NCBI GenBank assembly: GCA_964402285.1
Contig: CAYOAZ010000001.1
Location: forward strand, 889-64,888
Direction: 5' to 3'
DNA from: an uncultured Anaerolineae bacterium
Lineage (GTDB): Bacteria; Chloroflexota; Anaerolineae; JAADDB01
Length of the DNA: 64,000 bases
The position numbers and the translations under genes are program-made. Shown one piece after another: positions 1 through 9,093 of this stretch (its first letter is position 1; the number at the start of each line of letters is the position of its first letter). Below the pieces are notes generated by a model. It searched no databases. It had not been told where the DNA came from and worked only from the letters and a program-made list of their open reading frames with translations.

Positions 1-3000
1 ATGCGTTGGATCCGTTGCGCTTGTTCTTGTACAGTGGAGAAGAGCCGCGCATTTTCTATTGCTACCGCTGCTTGCGCAGCAAAGGCCATGGCAATGCGCG
101 CGTGTTCCTCTGTATAAAACCCGGGCTCCTTTTTGTCCAGCGCAATCATGCCAATAACACGATCCCCATATAACATGGGTACCCCTAGCCAGGATCGGAC
201 CCGTGCCGCTGCATGGGGCTCTTTCTTGAAGGCGGGATATTGTTTAGACGCATCTTCCAAAATGACAGGCTTGCGTCTACGTATGACCAGCCCGTTGGGG
301 TGTTCAACACTGTCCAGGGGAAAACGAATGCCGCGTAATTCTTCCAGGTTGGGAAAACCATCCCCTCCAATTATAACCAGCTCTTTATCTTGCAGTTCCT
401 GTACGGATGCGCTGTCGTAAGGCACCACATTTCGTAGTTCGTGAAGAATGCGCGAAAAGACCGCATTTAAGTCCAGGGTTTTGCTGAGCGCTTGGGCAGC
501 CCGGAACAAACGTTCGGCTTGCATACGCGCTGTGTGCTCACGTTCGTACAGCCGAGCGTTTTCCAGGGCCAACGCCACAGACGGGGCTTGGGCTTCCAGA
601 AAACGCACATCTTGCTCTGTAAACGCGCGGGGACGTTTAGCCTGTAACGTGAGTACACCCACCAGGCGGTCTCCTACTTGTAGGGGGATGCCCAGCCAGG
701 AACGAATTGGAAAGTCCGTGACCTTGACAGGGGGAATAGGTAATTGTGCTTGTTCCGCCTCTAGATCGTGAATAAGCAAGGATTGCTGATGTTCAATAAC
801 CCAGCGGAGCAACCCCACCTGATCTAGTTCGATTTCTGTGCCTTCAATGTGTGAGAGGTGTTGGCCGTTTTCGTACACAAGGAGCAGTTCAATACGACCG
901 CGTTCAGGGTTGCACCGCAGGACTGCAACACTATCGGGCTGGTACGTGGCTTCAATTTGTGCAGCCAACCGCTTTAGTAACACATCCAGATCCAGTGTGC
1001 TTGCCAGGGTAAGGGCACTCTTATAGAGGGAGGAGAGTTCTTGGGCCTGGTGTTGAATCGTCTCCAGTAAGTGACTGCGCTCAATGGCTAACGCCATAGC
1101 GTCGGCAATTTGTTGAAGGACTGGGATAAGGTGCTCATCCAGTCCATGGGTGGTGGTCCAGGCGAGGTTTAGGGAACCAATAATACGTTGTCCTTCTCGC
1201 ATGGGGATATTGGCTCGCGAACGGAGACCGGCTTGGAATAACCAGCGTTCCAAAGGTGTACTCTGTTCCTGACTTAAATCGTGTGTAATGTGGATGCGTC
1301 CTGCTAAGATGTCTTCAACGGCGGAAGTGACCTCGCCGGAGTACATTCCCTGTTCGACATAGGAAGGGGGGAGGTCTACTTGGGAGGTTTTGCTGTAAAC
1401 GATAAAATGTTGGCGGTCATCCGTGGCCAGTGTCACACTGACATGGGCTGCCCCTGTCAATGCCTGGATACGTTGGGCCACTGTAGGGAACACTTCCTTT
1501 TGGTCCAAGGAAGAGTTGAGCAGTTGCAAAATATCACGTACTATGGCCAAATGACGGGCTCGTTCCTCACTCTCTTGCAGCAACCGCGCGTTTTCTATCG
1601 CTATGGCGGCCTGGTCTGCAAACAACTCAATAAGTCGAATCTCTTCTTCGGGAAATGCGTAAGGATGATCGAAGGCTACGTTCATCACGCCAACGACCTT
1701 ATCTCGTACTTTTAGCGGGAAGGAAGCAATGGCTCCCCCCCATTTCCATGCCTCGAAGAGGGGATGAGTGTTTACATCGGGGACAATAATGGGCTTGCCC
1801 TCTCGGGCAACGGTGTACGTGATGCCTTGGGGACGCGGCTGTGTGTAAGGACGTCGGTGTTGTTCCTCCCGCCACCAGGCAGCGCCAAAGTGCAGATTCT
1901 CACCATCGTAGAGAAAAATGTGTCCGTTACTGGCCGAGAGCAAACTCACCGCGAATTGAAGCACGCGTTCCAAAACCGCGGATAGGTCATTGGCAGATGC
2001 AATGTCCACGCTGGCATGATGTAGGGCTTCCAGTGCTTGTCTCCGCCTACGTTCGTTCTCTAGCAGCGATGCGTTATGAAGGACAATCGCGACTTGGCGG
2101 GCAAAGAAATTGAGTATTTTCACGTCTTCCTCTGTAAAGTGGTGGGGATGAGAGTGGAGCAATTGGAGTACGCCGTTAATTTGGTCCTGCCAGAGGACAG
2201 GTACCGTGATAATCGCGTGGTATTGGGGGATTTGTGCGTACACACTCGTTTTCACTGGCCACGTTTGGTATTCACCGATGAGTAATGGCTCTTGTGTGTG
2301 GAGAACGTACCCAATGGCTCCTTCGGTATCGGGGATCTCCAGGCCTTCAAGGGGGGCATCCAGGCCAAACGTTACTCGAACGATTAAGTGCTCACGTTCT
2401 GAATCGGCTTCCAGGAATAAGCCGGCCTCGGCATCCAGCAAGGCGACGGCTCGTTCCACGATTTTTTGGAGGAGAACATTGACATCTCCCAGCGCGGTGA
2501 TGTCCAGGAAAACTTCGTTGAGGATGGTTAAGCGCTCCATCCATTCTCGTAAGTGAGCATGAAGGATAACTTGGGCCGCAATATCCGCTGCCTCGGACAT
2601 AAACCGTATTTCGTCCAACGTCCATTCGCGCGGCGCATGTAAGTGTTCGGCCACCAGGAAGCCGGCCAGCGTTCCTCGCACACGAACCGGGGCTACTAAG
2701 AACGCTCGGACCCGCCGTTTCTGCCAGAAATATTCAGAGAGGCTCATCGTTCTTGGATCGTGAAGTACATCCTCAACAACCAACACACGTTCTTGGCCCA
2801 ACATTTGCAATAACTCTTGCCACTTCTCGAGGGGGAATGTGCGCCCTTTCCTGTGTTCCCGCAGCAAGGCGTTGAACAAATCCGGACAGCGCGCTTGACT
2901 TAGATCCCGCGAGAGTTCCCACACACTCGCTTGATGAATGTTTAATGTGCGGGCAATGACTTCCGTTAAAAGCCGAAATGCTTCGTGTGCATATCCTTCA

Positions 3001-4610
3001 CTAACTGCAGGGTGAGTAATAAGTTCAGCAATAGCCTGTTGTTGGCGCTGAACTCGTTGTAAGAAGCGTTTCTGTTGCTCCTGTTCAGCCCGTTCCGTGT
3101 CTCGGATGCGGTGATAGGTCATAGCGCGTTCAATGGCCAACCCAACTTGATTGGCCACTGCCATGAAGAAGTTGAGATCGTTCTCATCAAAGGCATGGGG
3201 GTGTTCAGACTCAATGACAAGCACACCTACTACTTCATCGTGGGCGCGGATTGGGACATCCACTTCTGAGCCTTGACCGATTCCGGGGATGTAATCCTTT
3301 TCTTCCAGGACATCTGGGGTGTAGTGTAATCGTCCATCCTTTAAGGGACGCTCGCTTAATCCTTTTCCCGCGGGAATGCGAGTTAAAGAAGTACGAGCGC
3401 CCAAGTCCTGCCCCGCTTTTAATACCCTATCCCCTGTGGCCGGATCCAGCAAATACAGTGCAATGTGATTGTATCGGGTCACTGTAAATAGGGTGTCAAC
3501 TGCTTGTTGGCAGATAGCCGTGATATCCAGTAGGGGGGCCAGGGCCTTTCCTAGAGTGAACAAAGCCTCCAGATGTTGAATACGTCTTTGCAGGTCCTCT
3601 TCCAATTGTCGATAGCGAGTAATGTCCCGTACGCTCAGAATCCAACCACTGATGCGATGGGTTTCGTCGTAAAGGGGTAATACATCTACGGAGCAGTATT
3701 CTCCGTGAATATTTATTTCTACTTGACACGGTTTTTGCATACCCAGGCATTGAAGTACCTCGGGCCAGGAAGCAAGTAATGTGTGGGCTTTTTGTCCTAT
3801 AATATGTTGTGGGTCCTTCTTCAATAACCGAGCGAAAGCAGGGTTGACATCTACTACGACCATCTTAGTGTTCAACAACATGAACCCATTTCGGAGATTT
3901 TCTATGGCCACGGAGCGGGCTAGGGGGACGAGGCGGGTAAGGTAGCCCCGTTGAAAGGCCCAAATTAACCCCATGCTGGATACCACCGAGATAATTAATA
4001 CCGGGGCGAGAGGGAGTTCGCGATAAAAGTGCCATGAAATGCTCATCAACAAAAGCAGAATAAATATACCAAAAATAGAGCGTATGTGTTCCACTCGTTT
4101 TTTGCGTGTACGGATGGCGCTTAAGAGAATGGTGAGCGTCCCCATTTCTAACAGGAGCGTATACGCCATGTGAAGGGTGAACCAATGTGTGTAGACGGGG
4201 CGCAAATATGTGAGATCTCCGATTTGGATCACGTCCCAGGTTGTCCACATCCAATGGTGATATCTGTTTGTCAACACGAGGATGGATGTAATTGTTGGTA
4301 CAACGGCCAGCCCTGCAATAACGGGAATGCTCGGTTTTCGTAATTCGTATGTATAAAAGAGGAGGAAATAAAAAAAGCACAGGGGGATGTAGGAGAGGGT
4401 GATAATTACGATTTTGAGCCAAAAGATTTTATAGGGTTGCGGTACAATGCCCTCCAGACCAAGGGCAAAGAAGTAAAGGGTGGAGAATCCCAACAGCCCC
4501 AGAAATGAACGTCCGCCTGGGCGTGTTCGTCCCGGCCATGCTCTGAGTATCCACGTAAAAAGTAATAGAGCCGTGAGAATTTCTCCACCTGTAATGAGAT
4601 AAGCCCACAT
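1..4610 (-). CDS. Large multi-domain sensory protein, 5'-partial at the window edge (ATG at 4610, no stop in window). It has an N-terminal polytopic membrane region, then a PAS-like segment, then about seven tandem GAF domains. The C-terminal output domain lies outside the window.
   Basis: I translated the minus strand manually from 4610 downward. The frame is continuous and protein-like to position 1: MWAYLITGGEILTALLLFTWIL... followed by repeated GAF-type blocks ending in LAIERA, AIENARLL, LALENARLY and AIENARLF. The supplied ORF track lists only short out-of-frame ORFs here, consistent with a caller that requires a stop codon. I spot-checked frame consistency at 3881 and 4610. Confidence 0.75.
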   Translation of the reverse strand, partial: MWAYLITGGEILTALLLFTWILRAWPGRTRPGGRSFLGLLGFSTLYFFALGLEGIVPQPYKIFWLKIVIITLSYIPLCFFYFLLFYTYELRKPSIPVIAGLAVVPTITSILVLTNRYHHWMWTTWDVIQIGDLTYLRPVYTHWFTLHMAYTLLLEMGTLTILLSAIRTRKKRVEHIRSIFGIFILLLLMSISWHFYRELPLAPVLIISVVSSMGLIWAFQRGYLTRLVPLARSVAIENLRNGFMLLNTKMVVVDVNPAFARLLKKDPQHIIGQKAHTLLASWPEVLQCLGMQKPCQVEINIHGEYCSVDVLPLYDETHRISGWILSVRDITRYRQLEEDLQRRIQHLEALFTLGKALAPLLDITAICQQAVDTLFTVTRYNHIALYLLDPATGDRVLKAGQDLGARTSLTRIPAGKGLSERPLKDGRLHYTPDVLEEKDYIPGIGQGSEVDVPIRAHDEVVGVLVIESEHPHAFDENDLNFFMAVANQVGLAIERAMTYHRIRDTERAEQEQQKRFLQRVQRQQQAIAELITHPAVSEGYAHEAFRLLTEVIARTLNIHQASVWELSRDLSQARCPDLFNALLREHRKGRTFPLEKWQELLQMLGQERVLVVEDVLHDPRTMSLSEYFWQKRRVRAFLVAPVRVRGTLAGFLVAEHLHAPREWTLDEIRFMSEAADIAAQVILHAHLREWMERLTILNEVFLDITALGDVNVLLQKIVERAVALLDAEAGLFLEADSEREHLIVRVTFGLDAPLEGLEIPDTEGAIGYVLHTQEPLLIGEYQTWPVKTSVYAQIPQYHAIITVPVLWQDQINGVLQLLHSHPHHFTEEDVKILNFFARQVAIVLHNASLLENERRRRQALEALHHASVDIASANDLSAVLERVLQFAVSLLSASNGHIFLYDGENLHFGAAWWREEQHRRPYTQPRPQGITYTVAREGKPIIVPDVNTHPLFEAWKWGGAIASFPLKVRDKVVGVMNVAFDHPYAFPEEEIRLIELFADQAAIAIENARLLQESEERARHLAIVRDILQLLNSSLDQKEVFPTVAQRIQALTGAAHVSVTLATDDRQHFIVYSKTSQVDLPPSYVEQGMYSGEVTSAVEDILAGRIHITHDLSQEQSTPLERWLFQAGLRSRANIPMREGQRIIGSLNLAWTTTHGLDEHLIPVLQQIADAMALAIERSHLLETIQHQAQELSSLYKSALTLASTLDLDVLLKRLAAQIEATYQPDSVAVLRCNPERGRIELLLVYENGQHLSHIEGTEIELDQVGLLRWVIEHQQSLLIHDLEAEQAQLPIPPVKVTDFPIRSWLGIPLQVGDRLVGVLTLQAKRPRAFTEQDVRFLEAQAPSVALALENARLYEREHTARMQAERLFRAAQALSKTLDLNAVFSRILHELRNVVPYDSASVQELQDKELVIIGGDGFPNLEELRGIRFPLDSVEHPNGLVIRRRKPVILEDASKQYPAFKKEPHAAARVRSWLGVPMLYGDRVIGMIALDKKEPGFYTEEHARIAMAFAAQAAVAIENARLFSTVQEQAQRIQR

Positions 4611-4926
4611 CGTCCCTCATCTCTTTCCGACGAACCTGTGCTTGTGCCAGAAATCTGGTTCGCGGTTGGCGATTGGTTTTGGTGTTTATTTTGTTCGTGT
4701 AGAACGAAATCCTTTCAGGGTTTGCCGTGCAGGGTTGAGGAGTAAAGGGCCTTTTACCTTGATAAGAATATACACGACCCAGATATACGTTTCAATAGGC
4801 CATTAGGCCTACTCTGGAGTTCTGTCTCACCCCCTGGGACAACCTGAAAGTAGGGGTGGAGTAAGGGATTTTTCCTTACTTAGAGGTATGGAGGGGACAG
4901 GGGCACGTCCAGGAGGACGAAGGTGC

Positions 4927-5739
4927 TTAGGCCTCTTTGTTCTCGCGCAACTGGAGGGTTAATTCCGCTAGGCGAGGGAGTACATGGGCTACATCACCAC
5001 GAATGACCACTTCTGCCAGGTGATCCGCGGTAGTTCCTCCCAAATTCACAATAATGAGTTTGCTGCCACGCCGTCGTGCCAAAAAAGGCAAATCGGCTGC
5101 CGGCATGACCTCCAACGAGGAACCGGCTACTAGCATAACGTCGGCTTGTAGTGCTACCTCTTGCGCTCGAATGAGTGCTTCTGGCGGCAACAACTCACCG
5201 AATAGGACGACATCTGGTTTCATAAGCCCGCCGCATTTTGGACAACGGGGAGGGATATGACCGCGTTTTACTTCGTCCCACAATTTTTCTGTGGACATTT
5301 GGTATCCACATTCCAGGCAGGTCGCTGTACGGGTGTGGCCGTGTACTTCTAAAACATGCGTACTCCCGGCCTGTTGGTGGAGTGAATCGATGTTTTGGGT
5401 AATAATCCACTTGATAACGCCCGCTTGTTCTAACCGGGCTAAGGCCCGATGCGCAGGGTTCGGTTGGGCTCGTTCGAGTTTTTCAATAAGCGGTTGGATC
5501 CACGCGTAGAAACGTTCTGGCTGCACCCGATAGGACCAAATACTGGCCACTTCAGCCGGATCCACAAATTCCCACATCCCCTTGCCCGGCGTGCGAAAGT
5601 CCGGAATGCCGCTCGGAGTGCTTATCCCGGCTCCTGTAAGAGCCACGGCAAACTCCGATTGCGCTAGAAGGTTCGCGGCTTTGCGGAGTGCATCCTCTTG
5701 GTCATGTGAGGTCTGGTTTCGCCGTAACCGCCATCCCAT
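4927..5739 (-). CDS. cobB: NAD-dependent protein deacylase, Sir2/CobB (sirtuin) family
   Basis: 270 aa with GAGIST, QNID..LH and HG motifs and a CxxC...CxxC zinc ribbon (CLECG...CPKCGG), the typical sirtuin core. Confidence 0.85.
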   Translation of the reverse strand: MGWRLRRNQTSHDQEDALRKAANLLAQSEFAVALTGAGISTPSGIPDFRTPGKGMWEFVDPAEVASIWSYRVQPERFYAWIQPLIEKLERAQPNPAHRALARLEQAGVIKWIITQNIDSLHQQAGSTHVLEVHGHTRTATCLECGYQMSTEKLWDEVKRGHIPPRCPKCGGLMKPDVVLFGELLPPEALIRAQEVALQADVMLVAGSSLEVMPAADLPFLARRRGSKLIIVNLGGTTADHLAEVVIRGDVAHVLPRLAELTLQLRENKEA

Positions 5740-5754
5740 TCGCTGTCTGCCCCG

Positions 5755-7407
5755 TTAATATGCTCCATTCCCACGAATAACTGCAGGGATGGTTTTCAGT
5801 AGGATGTAGATGTCCTTCTTCAGGGAGTAATTATAAATGTAGTCCAACTCGATTTCCAACCTTTGACTGAAGTTGAGATCTCCGCGGCCGTTTACTTGGA
5901 CCGGGCCGGTGATTCCAGGTTTCAGCGCTAAACGTTTCCGTTGTTCTGGGGTATATCGTTCTACAAGCCAGGCCATTTCTGGGCGGGGGCCTACCAGGCT
6001 CATTTCTCCTTTTAGCACGTTGAAAAGTTGTGGCAGTTCATCAATGCTCCAGCGGCGAAGGAATTTGCCCACGCGCGTTCTCCGGGGGTCGTCTTTGAGT
6101 TTGTAAGCAGGTTCTTCCAGGTGCTCGATGTCTAAAATCTGGGGGAGGAGTTCGTCCGCGTTGTGGACCATGGAGCGGAATTTGTAGATGGTAAATGGCC
6201 GGCCGTTTTCTCCGATGCGCGTTTGTTTAAATAGGATAGGGCCAGGCGAATCGAGTTTGATGGCAATGGCAGATACAATCATAATGGGCCAGGTTAAGGC
6301 GAGAAGGAGTAATGCCCCGATGATATCCATTGTGCGTTTTATAATACGCTGTCTTAGGGTGAGTATCGGCTTGTGCGTTGTGCTTTTTCTTCGCGCGAAG
6401 GTGAACTGTCCAACGAGAAAACCACTGCCCAGTGCGAGGGCCCGGGCCGGCAGATAAAGAAGGGCGGGGAGGAATACCGGCGGATCTCGCTTTAGAATTT
6501 TGATAAGGAAGGGAACCGATGAGAGGTAGAATAGGACGATTAAACCAAGCGGGATCCACCACAGGGAGGGGGAGATCACAGGGAGGGGGAGGCTCATTAA
6601 GAACAGGGCAATGAGAAGTAATTGAACTTTGAGCACTTGCGGCGTATGCGTGTCGTTGATGAGACGTTCGGGTAGCCACCGGGTGAGGAGGGCTTTGTAG
6701 TACCCGATGTAGAACTTACGACGTAGGTATGCTTTGAGGGTGTTGTTGTGAAGATGATAGACCCTCGCTTCGGGGACGAATACCATTTTGTATCCCTTTT
6801 GTGCCAGGCGAAAGGAGAATTCCTGGTCTTCCACTGACGCAGTGGGGAAGATGGTATCAAAGCCCTTATTGGCAAGGAAAATGTCGCGTCGATAGGCCGC
6901 GCTGTAGGTATCAATAAAATCGATTTGCTCGAATTTGGCCATTCGGTCATATCGGTCTTCATATTCTAATTGCACGAAACGGGCGATAAAGGAGCGTTGG
7001 CGGGTAAGATAGGCGCCCTTAGTTCCCACAACTTCAGGGTCAGCAAAGGGAGCCGTCATTTTCTCTATCCAATCCGGCAGAGGCTCACAATCCGCATCGG
7101 TGAAGAGGACAATGTCTCCTCGGGCAGCGTGTACACCGGCATTTCGAGCGGCCGCTGGCCCTCGATTTTCCTGGTGGATGACGCGATCGGCTAACGCGCG
7201 AGCAATCTCTCCGGTTTTATCTGTGGAACCATCGTCGACAACAATGATTTCGTACTCTTCACGGGGTATCGTCTGTTGGAGCAATGCCTGTAACGTGTTG
7301 GCCAGGGTACGTTCAGCATTGTACGCAGGGATGATAACGGAGTACTTTATTTGTTTCTCGCTCATTGGAGTGTATCCATCTTCGGCTTCGCTGTCAGGAT
7401 AGCACAT
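5755..7407 (-). CDS. Bifunctional fusion of an N-terminal GT2 glycosyltransferase domain, transmembrane segments and a C-terminal small monotopic phosphoglycosyltransferase domain (bacterial sugar transferase, PglC/WbaP C-terminal type)
   Basis: The N-terminus (YSVIIPAYN..., [12 protein letters not shown]) is a GT2 fold. Residues ~250-340 are hydrophobic. The C-terminus ([53 protein letters not shown]...[22 protein letters not shown]) is the PF02397 sugar-transferase catalytic domain. Confidence 0.8.
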   Translation of the reverse strand: MCYPDSEAEDGYTPMSEKQIKYSVIIPAYNAERTLANTLQALLQQTIPREEYEIIVVDDGSTDKTGEIARALADRVIHQENRGPAAARNAGVHAARGDIVLFTDADCEPLPDWIEKMTAPFADPEVVGTKGAYLTRQRSFIARFVQLEYEDRYDRMAKFEQIDFIDTYSAAYRRDIFLANKGFDTIFPTASVEDQEFSFRLAQKGYKMVFVPEARVYHLHNNTLKAYLRRKFYIGYYKALLTRWLPERLINDTHTPQVLKVQLLLIALFLMSLPLPVISPSLWWIPLGLIVLFYLSSVPFLIKILKRDPPVFLPALLYLPARALALGSGFLVGQFTFARRKSTTHKPILTLRQRIIKRTMDIIGALLLLALTWPIMIVSAIAIKLDSPGPILFKQTRIGENGRPFTIYKFRSMVHNADELLPQILDIEHLEEPAYKLKDDPRRTRVGKFLRRWSIDELPQLFNVLKGEMSLVGPRPEMAWLVERYTPEQRKRLALKPGITGPVQVNGRGDLNFSQRLEIELDYIYNYSLKKDIYILLKTIPAVIRGNGAY

Positions 7408-7426
7408 TCACAGTGCTATTCGCGGG

Positions 7427-8239
7427 CTATCTAGGTTCTGCAGGGAGAATGTCTTTTATTTGGTCCGGCAGTACTTCGCCCAGGTACGTCCCTTGAACAA
7501 TTAGACGATATGCATTGTCGTGCAAAGGCCAGCATGTAATGAGGGTAAGTGTTGGTCTGGGCGTTTCCTGTAGAAGATGAGCATGTTGAAGCCGCTCACT
7601 TAAGGATGCGCCACGTTCTTTGATTTTATACATCACTTCTAATCGATAGGCAAATATACGCCCATTGGCATCAACTACATACGCTATAGCACCGCGTGGG
7701 AAACGAACGTTTTTGTTTCCCAGGACGGATAAAGGGCGAAATACTTCCCCTTCTACATTGTGGTGCCCAGATAGTATGAGGTTTCCTGGCTGTCCAGGGT
7801 ATGCACTGCCCACGTGGTAGCCAGCAGCATAGGGGGCTGTTTCCCATGTGGCGAAAGTGCGATTGTTCTCGTTCACAATTTTGGGGTAAACAGGGACAAT
7901 CGGTGTGTCAATCCCCAGCGCGGGGATAAGAAGTCGTACGGGCGGGGCTCCTGGATATGGGGTCGGTGTGGGGGTTGGTGTTGCTGTGGCTGTGGGAAGT
8001 GTAGGTGTTCGTTCGTGGGATGAGTATGGAGTCGGTGTGATGGTTGGGGTAGGAGTGAACGTGGGGCGCGGTAGATATATGCGGTGCGCGTGAGTTGTCA
8101 TTTGGACAATGACCCGTTCAACGGTTTGGTGTTCTTGGTGTTGTTGGTATCCCCATCCGAGGATACCTACGGCTAAGAAAAGAATGCCGGCAAGGATGAG
8201 GATATTGGCTGCCCGGTTGTCCACGCCCTTTCTACTCAA
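7427..8239 (-). CDS. Sortase family transpeptidase with an N-terminal TM anchor and a PT-rich linker
   Basis: A TM helix (ILILAGILFLAVGILGW) and a TPTPTITPTP..ATATPTPTPTPYP linker, followed by LILSGHHN and the TLITC catalytic Cys motif (TLxTC). Confidence 0.8.
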   Translation of the reverse strand: MSRKGVDNRAANILILAGILFLAVGILGWGYQQHQEHQTVERVIVQMTTHAHRIYLPRPTFTPTPTITPTPYSSHERTPTLPTATATPTPTPTPYPGAPPVRLLIPALGIDTPIVPVYPKIVNENNRTFATWETAPYAAGYHVGSAYPGQPGNLILSGHHNVEGEVFRPLSVLGNKNVRFPRGAIAYVVDANGRIFAYRLEVMYKIKERGASLSERLQHAHLLQETPRPTLTLITCWPLHDNAYRLIVQGTYLGEVLPDQIKDILPAEPR

Positions 8240-9026
8240 TCTCGTTCTCCAATAAAGACTGCAAGAGCCGTGCTGTCTGGACGGCCTTACCTCGATAGTG
8301 GTTGTTCGCGAAGAGATATATCACTTGGGCGCGCTCGCCCATCTCGCGGATTTTGGGCACCCATTCCATGAGTTCTTCTTTGCTGTACTCGTAATCATAT
8401 CTCTCCCAAGCGTGTTCGTGGTGCCACCATTTTTCACGATTGCGTCCGTGAAAGCGCACATATCCAACTTCGGAGGTAACTACAGCAATGGGGGGAATAA
8501 GGTTTCGAAATCTCGGTTGATCCACACTGCAAAAGCCCATGTTCAATTCACGTAGCAGGGCGAACACGCTTTCGTGGACCCACTCTCGGTTGCGAAATTC
8601 TACTACTAATGGGATATCTGGCCAGTGGTCACGAATACAGCGGAGGTAGTCACGATTCTCCGATGTGTTGTGAAAACTATAGGGGAATTGGACGAGCACA
8701 CAGCCAAACTTTTCCTCCTCCTCAAGAGGCCGGAGGGTCCGTCGAAAGGTATCCCAGTCCTTATCTTGCGCCTCCTCCCGTTCGTGGGTAAAGATGCGCG
8801 GAGCTTTTAAGGTGAAGTGGAATCCCGGTGGGACTTTGTCCGCCAGTTGTACAAGGGTGTAGTAAGAAGGCATTCTGTAGAATGTAAAGTTCAATTCGCA
8901 CGCGTTAAGACCTAACTCTGTGGCGTAATATGTTAGCCATTCTGACTTAGGCAAATCGGGCGGGTACACAGGTCCTACCCAGTCGTCATAACTGAACCCG
9001 GATGTTCCCACGTATATTTGTACCAT
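8232..9026 (-). CDS. DUF72 (YecE-like) family protein
   Basis: N-terminal IYVGTSGFSYDDW and overall DUF72 signature. It overlaps the sortase start by 8 nt. Confidence 0.8.
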   Translation of the reverse strand: MVQIYVGTSGFSYDDWVGPVYPPDLPKSEWLTYYATELGLNACELNFTFYRMPSYYTLVQLADKVPPGFHFTLKAPRIFTHEREEAQDKDWDTFRRTLRPLEEEEKFGCVLVQFPYSFHNTSENRDYLRCIRDHWPDIPLVVEFRNREWVHESVFALLRELNMGFCSVDQPRFRNLIPPIAVVTSEVGYVRFHGRNREKWWHHEHAWERYDYEYSKEELMEWVPKIREMGERAQVIYLFANNHYRGKAVQTARLLQSLLENEIE

Positions 9027-9093
9027 GGCGCAGCCTTAACCCTGGTGTTTCAAGCGTTGATTATCGAATTTGTACGCTCGCCCCTCGGAATTT

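Noticed and set aside
3865-4620. Track ORFs 3865-4422(-) and 4429-4620(-)
   Set aside because: They are out of frame with the long continuous sensor reading frame that starts at 4610, and their translations are low-complexity.
7900-8100. Short GT/GG-rich tandem repeats (GGGGTCGGTGTGGGGGTTGGTGTTGC...), and again at 56030-56370, which could be mistaken for a repeat array or CRISPR-like element
   Set aside because: They lie inside the sortase and M23 peptidase ORFs and encode the Pro/Thr/Ser-rich linkers (TPTPTP.., TPSPTWTPSPTYTPSPTP). There are no regular spacers, so they are not CRISPR.
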